From the NCBI GenBank assembly GCA_032252755.1, contig JAVUPY010000094.1:65181-89180 (forward strand): 24,000 bases of DNA, written 5' to 3'. Below are positions 9,638 through 16,807 of this stretch, in pieces. Source of the DNA: Terriglobia bacterium. Its GTDB lineage: Bacteria > Acidobacteriota > Terriglobia > Terriglobales > Acidobacteriaceae. Both the position numbers and the translations under genes were made by a program. Positions within the stretch are counted from its first letter, which is position 1; the number at the start of each line of letters is the position of its first letter. Under the pieces are notes generated by a model. That model was not told the DNA's origin, made no database searches, and saw nothing but the letters and a program-made list of their open reading frames with translations.

Positions 9638-11194
9638 TCAGTGCCGATGCAGATCCTTGTGCATGATCTTCCTCGTCTCGTGCAGGCGGTCGTCCGCAGG
9701 GAGATCGATCAGGTACCGGTTCATATCTTCATCACGCTCCTGCTTTAGCAGATTGCCGACGTAATCGATCATGCAATCCGGGAACACTCCCTCGCGGGTA
9801 TAGAGATCTTTCTTCTGCGCCAGCACGCGGGCTGATTCCACGCAGCTCTTCGGCAGCGGCGGCAATGACGCGACCAGTCTTTGATCGTGGAAGATGTTGC
9901 CTTGCACGTAGAACTTGTCGGCGATTTCAAGCGCCTCGTCGTGCGACATTCCCCATTGTGCCGCCATTGCGATCCCAGCCAGCAGCAGGTGAACGATGGC
10001 TGATCCGTCGGGCGAGCGTAGTTCTACCGTCTGCCGCCCCTCGCGATCTTCGAAGATGGCCTTCTGCTGCGGGTTGAGCGTTCCGGCCAAATGTTTCAGG
10101 TCGCGCCAGCCCAGCGGCACGCGAATCATCGCCGAGCGGTTCATATCGCTCCAGCAGATCCGCGTCGGCGCCTCCTGGTTAGGCACCAGCCGCAGGTACG
10201 CCGAACTCACTGTATTGCCGAACGCCGTCAGGGTATCCGCATACGTGCAGAGCCCCCCGATAACGCGTTTCGCCGTCTCGCTCAACCGACCGGCATCGGT
10301 CATAAGGTTCTTGCCGTTCTTCCGCACGTCCATATGGACGTGGAACCCATTCCCGGCAACTCCCTCTTCGATCTTCGGTGCGAACGTCGCCACGCATCCG
10401 TGCTTGTAAGCCACGTTCCGAATTAGCCACCGCGCCAGCACCAGGTGATCGCCGGCATCTTCAATCGGCGTCGGCAGGAACTCGATCTCCAACTGCTCGG
10501 CGCTCTTGCCTTTGATCTCGTCGAGGTTCGAGCGGACGCTGTCGATGTAGCCGACCTCGGCGTGCGCGTACTTTACCGCCCCGGTGATCTGCGAGATGTA
10601 GCGCATCATCTCGTTCAGGATCAGGCCGCTCTTTATATAGGGCGACGCGGAGTGATATCCGCGCTGGCGGTCCGGCGGAAACAGCGCCGTCGGCCAGTCG
10701 CTCAGCAGGAAGAACTCCAGTTCGCCCAGCGCGAACAGGTCGCAGCCGATGGTCTTACGAAACAGCGCCGCGGCATTGTTCAGAATTGTGTCCGGCGCAA
10801 AAGGCGCAAGCTGGCCTTCTCGCGTGACGTAACGACAAGTCAAATCCAGCGACGCATCGTCGAACGGGTTCAGGAACGCCGTCTTATATAGAGGCACGAC
10901 ATAGAGATCGCTGAGCGCGGTCTCGACCATGCCCTGAAACAGCGACGACCCGTCCACGCGCTCGCCGTCGGCCAGCACGCGCTCGGCCTGGAAGCGATTC
11001 GCCACCGGGATCTTCAGTTCCTTGTACTTGCCGTCCAGCGCCGTGTAATGGAACGTGATGCGCTCGATCTGGCGCTCCTGGATGACGCGGATCAGGTCTT
11101 CGCGCGTGAACTCCTCGCGCGGCTTGTCGACAATAAGAGAAATAGGGTTGGTCAGCGCATAGGGCGCGGCAACCGCCTCGGCAACCGTGGACAT
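9638..11194 (-). CDS. glutamine synthetase family protein (divergent GlnA-like gamma-glutamyl ligase)
   Basis: GS catalytic-domain motifs: LGELEFFL, GVAGNGFHVHMDV (cf. GSGMHxH), SSAYLRLVPNQEAPTRICWSDMNRSAMIRVP (cf. NSYKRLVPGYEAP...RNRSASIRIP). The start may be 11194 (MSTVAE, GGAG upstream) or 11215. Confidence 0.8.
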   Translation of the reverse strand: MSTVAEAVAAPYALTNPISLIVDKPREEFTREDLIRVIQERQIERITFHYTALDGKYKELKIPVANRFQAERVLADGERVDGSSLFQGMVETALSDLYVVPLYKTAFLNPFDDASLDLTCRYVTREGQLAPFAPDTILNNAAALFRKTIGCDLFALGELEFFLLSDWPTALFPPDRQRGYHSASPYIKSGLILNEMMRYISQITGAVKYAHAEVGYIDSVRSNLDEIKGKSAEQLEIEFLPTPIEDAGDHLVLARWLIRNVAYKHGCVATFAPKIEEGVAGNGFHVHMDVRKNGKNLMTDAGRLSETAKRVIGGLCTYADTLTAFGNTVSSAYLRLVPNQEAPTRICWSDMNRSAMIRVPLGWRDLKHLAGTLNPQQKAIFEDREGRQTVELRSPDGSAIVHLLLAGIAMAAQWGMSHDEALEIADKFYVQGNIFHDQRLVASLPPLPKSCVESARVLAQKKDLYTREGVFPDCMIDYVGNLLKQERDEDMNRYLIDLPADDRLHETRKIMHKDLHRH

Positions 11195-11377
11195 AGTTCG
11201 AACTCCACTTTCCACGCTACCGAGACCCGCAACCGTCTGTCACGGTCATCCGTCACAACGCGGCAGGTACAAGGTGCAAGCCCCAAGGTGCGAGATCGAG
11301 GCGCCCTGCAAACAAATATGGACTCGGCTTTTCGACGGAACTAAACTTTGGCTCCCCGGGAAAGGTGCTCTGGCAGG

Positions 11378-12928
11378 ATGCACGCACTGCGGAAGAATCT
11401 GTGCTGGCTGTTCGGATTTTCGTCGTTAGTCTGTCTGCAACTCGTCGTTGAAAACATTTGGCTTATCCTCCAGCCGCGCTCCTCTTCGCCGCTTCACGGC
11501 AACCTTGTTGTGGCGGTCTTGTACACTCCCGTCACAGCTGTGTTCGCTGTGGCGTGGTGGACTGTCTGGAGAGACAAGCCATCAGGGCGGCATTGGGGAA
11601 TTACCGCGAGTTTGATTGTCGTTCTAATGTCGGTATGGCCGTTCATTTTCTTCTTGCGATCCTTCCCGCCCTCGGCGTTGCGTCTATTTGGGATTCTGTT
11701 GCTATTTGGAGTTGTTGGTCTCATCGCCTTCTGGCGGAGGTACGACCTGGTATCCAGTTCTGGTGCAAAGGCGAACCCGCCAGTTGCCGGGGATGGAACA
11801 TCGAGGGCAATTTCTCTGCTTACCGAGCTCTTAGCAGTCTGCGCTGGCCTCGGAATCTTTTACTGGTGGGACAAGTGGCTCCACCTGAAAGGAGTTCCAC
11901 CAAGCACAACATATGTTCCAGGTATCGTAATCTTCGCACTGATCCTCCTGGTAATTGTGGCTTTGCACGAACTGGGACACACCTTAGCGGGCATTGCGCT
12001 TGGCATGAAATTGCGCGCCTTTCTCGTCGGGCCTTTGCAATGGCGGATTCGCAATGGCAGATGGGCTTTTGATTTTAAACTCGCGGAACTTCTACCGACG
12101 GGCGGCGGAACCGGTATGGCCCCCGCGACGGCTGATTTCTCTGTAAGAGACAACCTGTTGATGATCACAGCAGGCCCCTTTGTCACATTGGTGACTGGAT
12201 CCTTGGCGTTGTGGCTCGCGATCTCGGAACCGGGCGACTCTCCGCTCCAATTGCATGGAGTACTCGCACTTTTCGCGGGCTGGAGCCTCCTTCTGGCGGC
12301 AATAAACGTGATTCCTTTTCAAACAGTCGAGAGTTACTCCGACGGCGCAGCTATTTATCAGCTCCTTATAGGTGGCCCCATGGCGGATTATCACCGCACC
12401 ATGGCAATCATCGGATCAAGCCTAGTCACGCCCATGCGAGCAAGAGACTTCGATATCGCAGCAATTCAGCGGGCGTCGAACTTGATTACGCAGGGAGTCC
12501 GCGGAATGCTTCTGCGGCTTTATGCGTATATGTATTTCCTCGATCAAGGAAAGAATGCCGAGGCTCTATCTGCATTACAAGATGCCGAAGCCGTGTACAA
12601 CAACTGTGCGTCAGCAGTCTCCGGCGAATTGCACGCAGAGTTCGTGTTCGCAAATGCCTATCTTCGACGCGACCCAGTTGCAGCCCGCGAATGGTGGAAC
12701 CGAATGGCGGCCAGGAAACCTACTCACTTCAAAGTGGATTACTGGAAAGCCTTCAGCGCCTTACGGTGGATTGAAGGCGACCTGAAGGAAGCCAACGAAG
12801 CGTGGGAGAAGTCAAACACGTATGCGCAAGAACTTCCGAACACTGGAGCTTACGAGTTTGATCGACACTGTTGCAGTCTGTTGCGCCGGGTCATCGATGA
12901 GGCCGCCGTCAAGAGTACATCGGCATAA
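11378..12928 (+). CDS. M50-family (site-2 protease-like) membrane metalloprotease with C-terminal helical/TPR-like domain
   Basis: Multiple TM helices. HELGH lies inside a TM segment ([12 protein letters not shown]), and a second M50 motif [14 protein letters not shown] (NxxPxx..DG) is present. ATG at 11378 (MHALRKNL). Confidence 0.8.
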   Translation: MHALRKNLCWLFGFSSLVCLQLVVENIWLILQPRSSSPLHGNLVVAVLYTPVTAVFAVAWWTVWRDKPSGRHWGITASLIVVLMSVWPFIFFLRSFPPSALRLFGILLLFGVVGLIAFWRRYDLVSSSGAKANPPVAGDGTSRAISLLTELLAVCAGLGIFYWWDKWLHLKGVPPSTTYVPGIVIFALILLVIVALHELGHTLAGIALGMKLRAFLVGPLQWRIRNGRWAFDFKLAELLPTGGGTGMAPATADFSVRDNLLMITAGPFVTLVTGSLALWLAISEPGDSPLQLHGVLALFAGWSLLLAAINVIPFQTVESYSDGAAIYQLLIGGPMADYHRTMAIIGSSLVTPMRARDFDIAAIQRASNLITQGVRGMLLRLYAYMYFLDQGKNAEALSALQDAEAVYNNCASAVSGELHAEFVFANAYLRRDPVAAREWWNRMAARKPTHFKVDYWKAFSALRWIEGDLKEANEAWEKSNTYAQELPNTGAYEFDRHCCSLLRRVIDEAAVKSTSA

Positions 12929-13057
12929 GGAATTGGGGCTGTGGGCAAGAAATCCGCGTCCATCCGCCCACAATCCGCGACCGTTGGTTCGAAACTTCGA
13001 ATCAGGCATCTAACCACGAGAAGATTTTCCAAAAATCAATCACACGAACCCCGGATT

Positions 13058-13087
13058 TTGCGGTTTTCCGGCCATTCCTGTTAGAAT
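13058..13087 (+). promoter_or_regulatory. sigma70-type promoter candidate for rpmE (TTGCGG-N18-TAGAAT with TG extension)
   Basis: TTGCGG at 13058-13063 and TGTTAGAAT at 13079-13087. It lies 32 nt upstream of the rpmE ATG. Confidence 0.4.
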
Positions 13088-13119
13088 CAATGTTTTGCAA
13101 CAGAGGATTTGAGACTGCT

Positions 13120-13335
13120 ATGAAGGCTGCTATTCACCCAACTTACGACGAAGTACGCGTCCTGTGCGCGTGCGGACACTCTTTCACCACTCGTTCCACC
13201 CATAAGGGCGACATCCACGTGGAAATCTGCTCCAACTGCCACCCGTTCTTTACCGGCAAACAGAAAATGCTGGATACTGCGGGCCGCATCGAGCGCTTCC
13301 GCCGCAAATACGCCAAGAGCGACGCGAAGAAGTAA
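13120..13335 (+). CDS. rpmE: 50S ribosomal protein L31 (Cys-containing, zinc-ribbon type A)
   Basis: [27 protein letters not shown]...[30 protein letters not shown] is canonical L31. ATG at 13120 with GAGGA upstream. Confidence 0.95.
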   Translation: MKAAIHPTYDEVRVLCACGHSFTTRSTHKGDIHVEICSNCHPFFTGKQKMLDTAGRIERFRRKYAKSDAKK

Positions 13336-13360
13336 CTCCGCACAATCCAAGATTGACGGT

Positions 13361-13398
13361 GCCCCATTCTGGCTTTTATGGCCAGGGTGGGGCTTTTC
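13361..13398 (+). terminator. Rho-independent terminator of rpmE
   Basis: 13-bp stem GCCCCAUUCUGGC (13361-13373) / GCCAGGGUGGGGC (13381-13393), including two G-U pairs. 7-nt loop, then UUUUC. Confidence 0.75.
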
Positions 13399-13894
13399 AC
13401 GATTCGAGAACACGCGTTCGAATCTTTCCAACCCTCATCTATTCTTGTCTGGCCTCTTCAGGCACATTGGGAATTGAGAACTGATGGGGCCGTTGTCTTT
13501 GTCCAATCCCTGCCCAATCCCGGGACTGTCTTGAGCGGGCGCTCCGCAATCCAGTTGCAAGCGACATATCGCGCCTCGAAGCGGATTCGTGACTTGCGTC
13601 ACGGCAACAACCCCAACTTCGCTGCAAACTTTCCAACATCAGGGGAGCGTTTCCAATTGTTGCCAGCCAGGTTCAAGGATCGGGAGCGAAATTACGGTGA
13701 GGCCGACAATGAAACAGCAACATTCAGTAAGAGCATTGCCAACTCACAAGCTTCTGATGACTTACATGTGAGTGAAATCGCTTCGCAAGAACGGTGCCGC
13801 CGTAGAAGCCATTCCTCAGCGAGGCCACAGCAATCTCCGGCAGAGAGCGTGCCTAATTCCGTCACCACGCCAGTATTGATTTGGAGGACACGAT

Positions 13895-14302
13895 ATGCCG
13901 CAGCGATGCGAAGACGCTTTTAGCAGTATCGAGGGTGCGCAGGAGTTTCTTGCACTGTTAGCGGAAGCAATTGCAGAAACCAGGCGCGATGTCGATGCGG
14001 ACATTCAGGATCATGGAACCAACGGTTCAAGAAGAATCGATGTCCTGAAGATCGCTTCGTATGACCTGGAAGCTTTGGAACATCATATCTACCGCAGTAA
14101 GAGGCTCTTGAATGACCTCCGTATGGTCCGACGATTGCTCATGCAGGAACGGGGAGTCGCCGGTACTGAACTGCCTGACCCACCAGCCCCGATTCCGCTG
14201 GTTCGTATGGAACTGCCCATTCCACGGCCGCACGTGTTGGAGAAACGCCGAGCCCGACCGAGCGTGGGCGGACGAGAAAAGTCAGTTGCAGTTGCCAGTT
14301 AA
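13895..14302 (+). CDS. hypothetical helical protein (135 aa)
   Basis: ATG preceded by GGAGGA 7 nt upstream. The N-terminal half is predicted helical and the C-terminus is Pro/Arg-rich. No family recognised. Confidence 0.5.
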   Translation: MPQRCEDAFSSIEGAQEFLALLAEAIAETRRDVDADIQDHGTNGSRRIDVLKIASYDLEALEHHIYRSKRLLNDLRMVRRLLMQERGVAGTELPDPPAPIPLVRMELPIPRPHVLEKRRARPSVGGREKSVAVAS

Positions 14303-15075
14303 GTGTTTTGCTGAGCTTTGGCGAGACGATCGCCTATCACCCCATATACGGACGCGTTGAACGCAAGACCGATATGTGTACCGGGGACCTCGACATCGAT
14401 CTTGGGATCGCCGGTCACACAGCACTTCCAGTCCACCACCCCGTCATCCCGCGTATAGATCGCTGTCTGGCGCACCGACTTTGACAGGCGCGTGCGCAGT
14501 GAGCACACGAAATCGCACGTACACCTTGACGTGTAGCAGTCGGGAAGAACCGCCGTTCCATACTCTTCCAGGATTTGGCTCCGCACAAATCCGGCAGCGC
14601 GCAGGATCGAATGGTGGGCGACAGTGCCCCTGAAAGGAGAGGCAATGGTTGTCACAGAAGCTATGTCGCGGGGCCGTTGGCGAGCGACCGAACGCGCCAT
14701 GATGCCTCCCAGGCTGTGCCCCACAAGGTGAACCTTGCCGTGGGTTTCCTTCAAAGCCTTGTCGATCGTTGCCCACAGCTTGTACTTGATCAACAGGTTG
14801 GGGCACTCGGCATTCAGCCCGATCCCCGATAGATAGGACCTGTAACCAATGCGTGTGAGCCAGCCGTTCAGGTGCTGGAGGTATTCGTCAGTTCCCAAAA
14901 ACCCTGGTATGACGACGACCCCCGAGCCGTCACCCCGTGGAACTCCAAACCCGTAATAGGTCGGGGAGGCATGGAGCAGAAGGAGTTCAGCTCCAAAAAA
15001 AGCTTCTTTCCAGATGGAAATATTCGCAGGACCCGACTCCCGGATACTGACAGTCTGCGTTCGACTATGGGCCAT
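14299..15075 (-). CDS. alpha/beta-fold hydrolase (lipase/esterase-like), paralogue 1
   Basis: Nucleophile elbow GHSLGG, oxyanion-type VVVIPGFLG, candidate Asp in YTRDDGVVDW and His in PGTHIGLAFN. About 45-50% identical by eye to the 16797-17579 product. Confidence 0.85.
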   Translation of the reverse strand: MAHSRTQTVSIRESGPANISIWKEAFFGAELLLLHASPTYYGFGVPRGDGSGVVVIPGFLGTDEYLQHLNGWLTRIGYRSYLSGIGLNAECPNLLIKYKLWATIDKALKETHGKVHLVGHSLGGIMARSVARQRPRDIASVTTIASPFRGTVAHHSILRAAGFVRSQILEEYGTAVLPDCYTSRCTCDFVCSLRTRLSKSVRQTAIYTRDDGVVDWKCCVTGDPKIDVEVPGTHIGLAFNASVYGVIGDRLAKAQQNT

Positions 15076-15174
15076 AGATTATTGGCTACCAACTAGCTGT
15101 TGGATGAGATAACCCCTATTCCAGTTGTCGCAAAGTGTTGGAATGCTGCCATAGCGGCTCCTGTTTCCGCAACC

Positions 15175-15206
15175 AAGAAAAATGCCGCGGACTTAACATC
15201 CGCGGC
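15175..15206 (-). terminator. Rho-independent terminator after the phasin-like gene
   Basis: Minus strand reads GCCGCGGA-UGUUAAG-UCCGCGGC followed by AUUUUUCUU. It starts 28 nt after the stop codon. Confidence 0.65.
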
Positions 15207-15233
15207 GGGGTCATGATTGTCTGGGCGCCATCA

Positions 15234-16154
15234 TCAGGCGGTCGCGGCCATTGACCTTGCTCGGCGTGGTTTTCGCCGGCCCACCTTCGCGCGATGAACT
15301 TCGACGACCTTCCCTCGGGGTTGCTTTGCTTTCATCATCGAATCGATAAGTGCCTTCTCGGCGTCGACGAAGCTCTTTACGCCTTCGCCTGTAAGCTTTG
15401 CGATCGGCAGGCGCATCGGTATAGCAACCTCAGTCGCATTCTTTGCTACTTTGAGGTTCGTCTTCATCTGCTGCGCGGCAACGTCGAGCAGCTTCTTTTG
15501 CGCCTCAACCAGCGTGTTTACAGATTCGCGTGCCAAGGTGCTGATTTCTGTCCTGGCAGCCGGTTTCATCGTGCGCTCACCCTTGCTTGATGCCTTCGTG
15601 GTTTCTTCTGAGATGACGTCGAGCAGCTTCTTCTGTGTGCGGACAAAGTTCTCCATGCCTTCGCGAGCCAACTCAATCAAACGACCACCGTCGTAACGTT
15701 TTCCGTTCTTGGCATCATTCAGGAATCCCTGCGTCTGCTTGCTGGCGATCGTAAGGAACTCCTGCTGCATGGTCACGAAGTTTTCGGTGCTGCGACGGAC
15801 CACGTCCACCATGGCAACGGCCGCGCGTGAATTATGGACCCGCTCCCTGACGCCGTTCATGAACAGTTCGTTCTCTTTATCGGCGAGGTCGAGCAGGACT
15901 CTCTGCGCCTCGACGAAGTTTGCCGTCCCTTCCACTGCAAGCTCATTCAATATTGCGTTCGGCGAGTGCTCCGGATGAGATATGCTCTCGCGCATTGCCT
16001 TCATCGTGCTGGCGTTCTGCCGCATTGCTACATCGATCAGGATCCGCTGGGTTGCGAAGAAACTCTCCATCGCCTGCTGTACCCAGCCCGATAACAGAGA
16101 TACAAAAGACGAGGGTCGCGGCTCCACCCCTTCCCGTTTCACTTCCGCTTTCAT
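15234..16154 (-). CDS. phasin-like granule/lipid-body structural protein made of six ~45-aa amphipathic repeats, with basic C-terminal tail
   Basis: Strong RBS GAGGAGG 5 nt before the ATG. The six repeats have cores ESFFATQRILIDVA, ANFVEAQRVLLDLA, ENFVTMQQEFLTIA, ENFVRTQKKLLDVI, NTLVEAQKKLLDVA and KSFVDAEKALIDSM. Each resembles the phasin motif A-x-EG-x-E-x-hh-E-x-x-x-x-hh. The gene is divergent from phaR. Confidence 0.7.
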   Translation of the reverse strand: MKAEVKREGVEPRPSSFVSLLSGWVQQAMESFFATQRILIDVAMRQNASTMKAMRESISHPEHSPNAILNELAVEGTANFVEAQRVLLDLADKENELFMNGVRERVHNSRAAVAMVDVVRRSTENFVTMQQEFLTIASKQTQGFLNDAKNGKRYDGGRLIELAREGMENFVRTQKKLLDVISEETTKASSKGERTMKPAARTEISTLARESVNTLVEAQKKLLDVAAQQMKTNLKVAKNATEVAIPMRLPIAKLTGEGVKSFVDAEKALIDSMMKAKQPRGKVVEVHRAKVGRRKPRRARSMAATA

Positions 16155-16172
16155 AAAAGCCTCCTCACTCTA

Positions 16173-16187
16173 TGCTGCACCGCAGCA
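16173..16187. promoter_or_regulatory. candidate PhaR operator: perfect palindrome TGCTGC-acc-GCAGCA
   Basis: 15-bp perfect inverted repeat containing CTGC-N3-GCAG. It lies between the predicted -10 and the RBS of the phasin-like gene. Confidence 0.6.
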
Positions 16188-16196
16188 ATCAAGAAA

Positions 16197-16226
16197 AGCA
16201 TAGGCTTGATCAGAGTGATATGTCAA
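16197..16226 (-). promoter_or_regulatory. sigma70-type promoter of the phasin-like gene (TTGACA-N18-TATGCT)
   Basis: On the minus strand, TTGACA is at 16226-16221 and TATGCT at 16202-16197, with an 18-nt spacer. Confidence 0.5.
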
Positions 16227-16236
16227 CATAGGTAAG

Positions 16237-16253
16237 CGCAATATTGCGTCGCA
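16237..16253. promoter_or_regulatory. second candidate PhaR site in front of phaR: CGCAAT/ATTGCG palindrome overlapping TGC-gtc-GCA
   Basis: The 12-bp perfect palindrome CGCAATATTGCG (16237-16248) overlaps TGCgtcGCA (16245-16253). It sits just downstream of a weak TTGATC-N17-TAGGTA promoter candidate (16206-16234) and 20 nt before the phaR ATG. Confidence 0.4.
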
Positions 16254-16273
16254 GCATCCGGGGAGAATCGGGA

Positions 16274-16807
16274 ATGTCAGCTCCACATATCATCAAGAAA
16301 TACGAAAACCGCCGGCTTTATGACACGTCGCGAAGTCGCTACGTGAACTTGGAGGAAATCGCCACCCTCATTCGCAAGGGCTACGAGGTCCGTGTGGTGG
16401 ACGCAAAAACCGGGGAAGACCTGACCCGTCCTACCCTGATGCAGATCATTGTCGAGGACAACAAAGAGGGATCGGCCGGACTCCCACTGGAACTGATGCG
16501 CCAGCTGATCGTCGCATCCGATCAGGTTGGACGGGATTTCCTGTCGTGGTATCTCAAGTCGGCCTTTGACGCCTACGGAAAAGTACAGCAGTCGTTCCGT
16601 AGCGGCCTCTCTGATCTGCAGGCGGCGGCGACATCCCCTATCGACTCCATCCGCCAGTTGCTCCGTATGCCGCAGGACGCAAAAGACGACAAAGGTGAAG
16701 TTTCTGAACTGAAGAAGAGGCTGGAGGAATTAGAGGCCCGCCTCCAAAAGCGAGCGCGACCTCGGTCAACCGGCGAGCGCACGAAGAAACGTAAAGCTAA
16801 GCGATAG
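16274..16807 (+). CDS. phaR: PhaR-family repressor (polyhydroxyalkanoate synthesis regulator type)
   Basis: IIKKYENRRLYDTSRSRYVNLEEIATLIRKGYEVRVVDAKTGEDLTRPTLMQIIVE closely matches the hallmark PhaR N-domain (IKKYPNRRLYDT..S.Y.TL.D...L......F.V.DAK.G.DLTR..LLQII.E). ATG at 16274 with GGGGAG upstream. Confidence 0.9.
   Translation: MSAPHIIKKYENRRLYDTSRSRYVNLEEIATLIRKGYEVRVVDAKTGEDLTRPTLMQIIVEDNKEGSAGLPLELMRQLIVASDQVGRDFLSWYLKSAFDAYGKVQQSFRSGLSDLQAAATSPIDSIRQLLRMPQDAKDDKGEVSELKKRLEELEARLQKRARPRSTGERTKKRKAKR

Noticed and set aside
12985-13424. tRNA-like GGTTCGAA / GTTCGAATC T-loop strings (12985-13004 and 13415-13424)
   Set aside because: No flanking T-stem, acceptor stem or anticodon arm can be built, so these are not tRNA genes or fragments.
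13378-13923. 181-aa plus-strand ORF spanning the rpmE-to-storage-locus gap
   Set aside because: It begins inside the rpmE terminator, has no RBS, shows odd composition, and overlaps the well-initiated 13895 gene. I treat it as non-coding.
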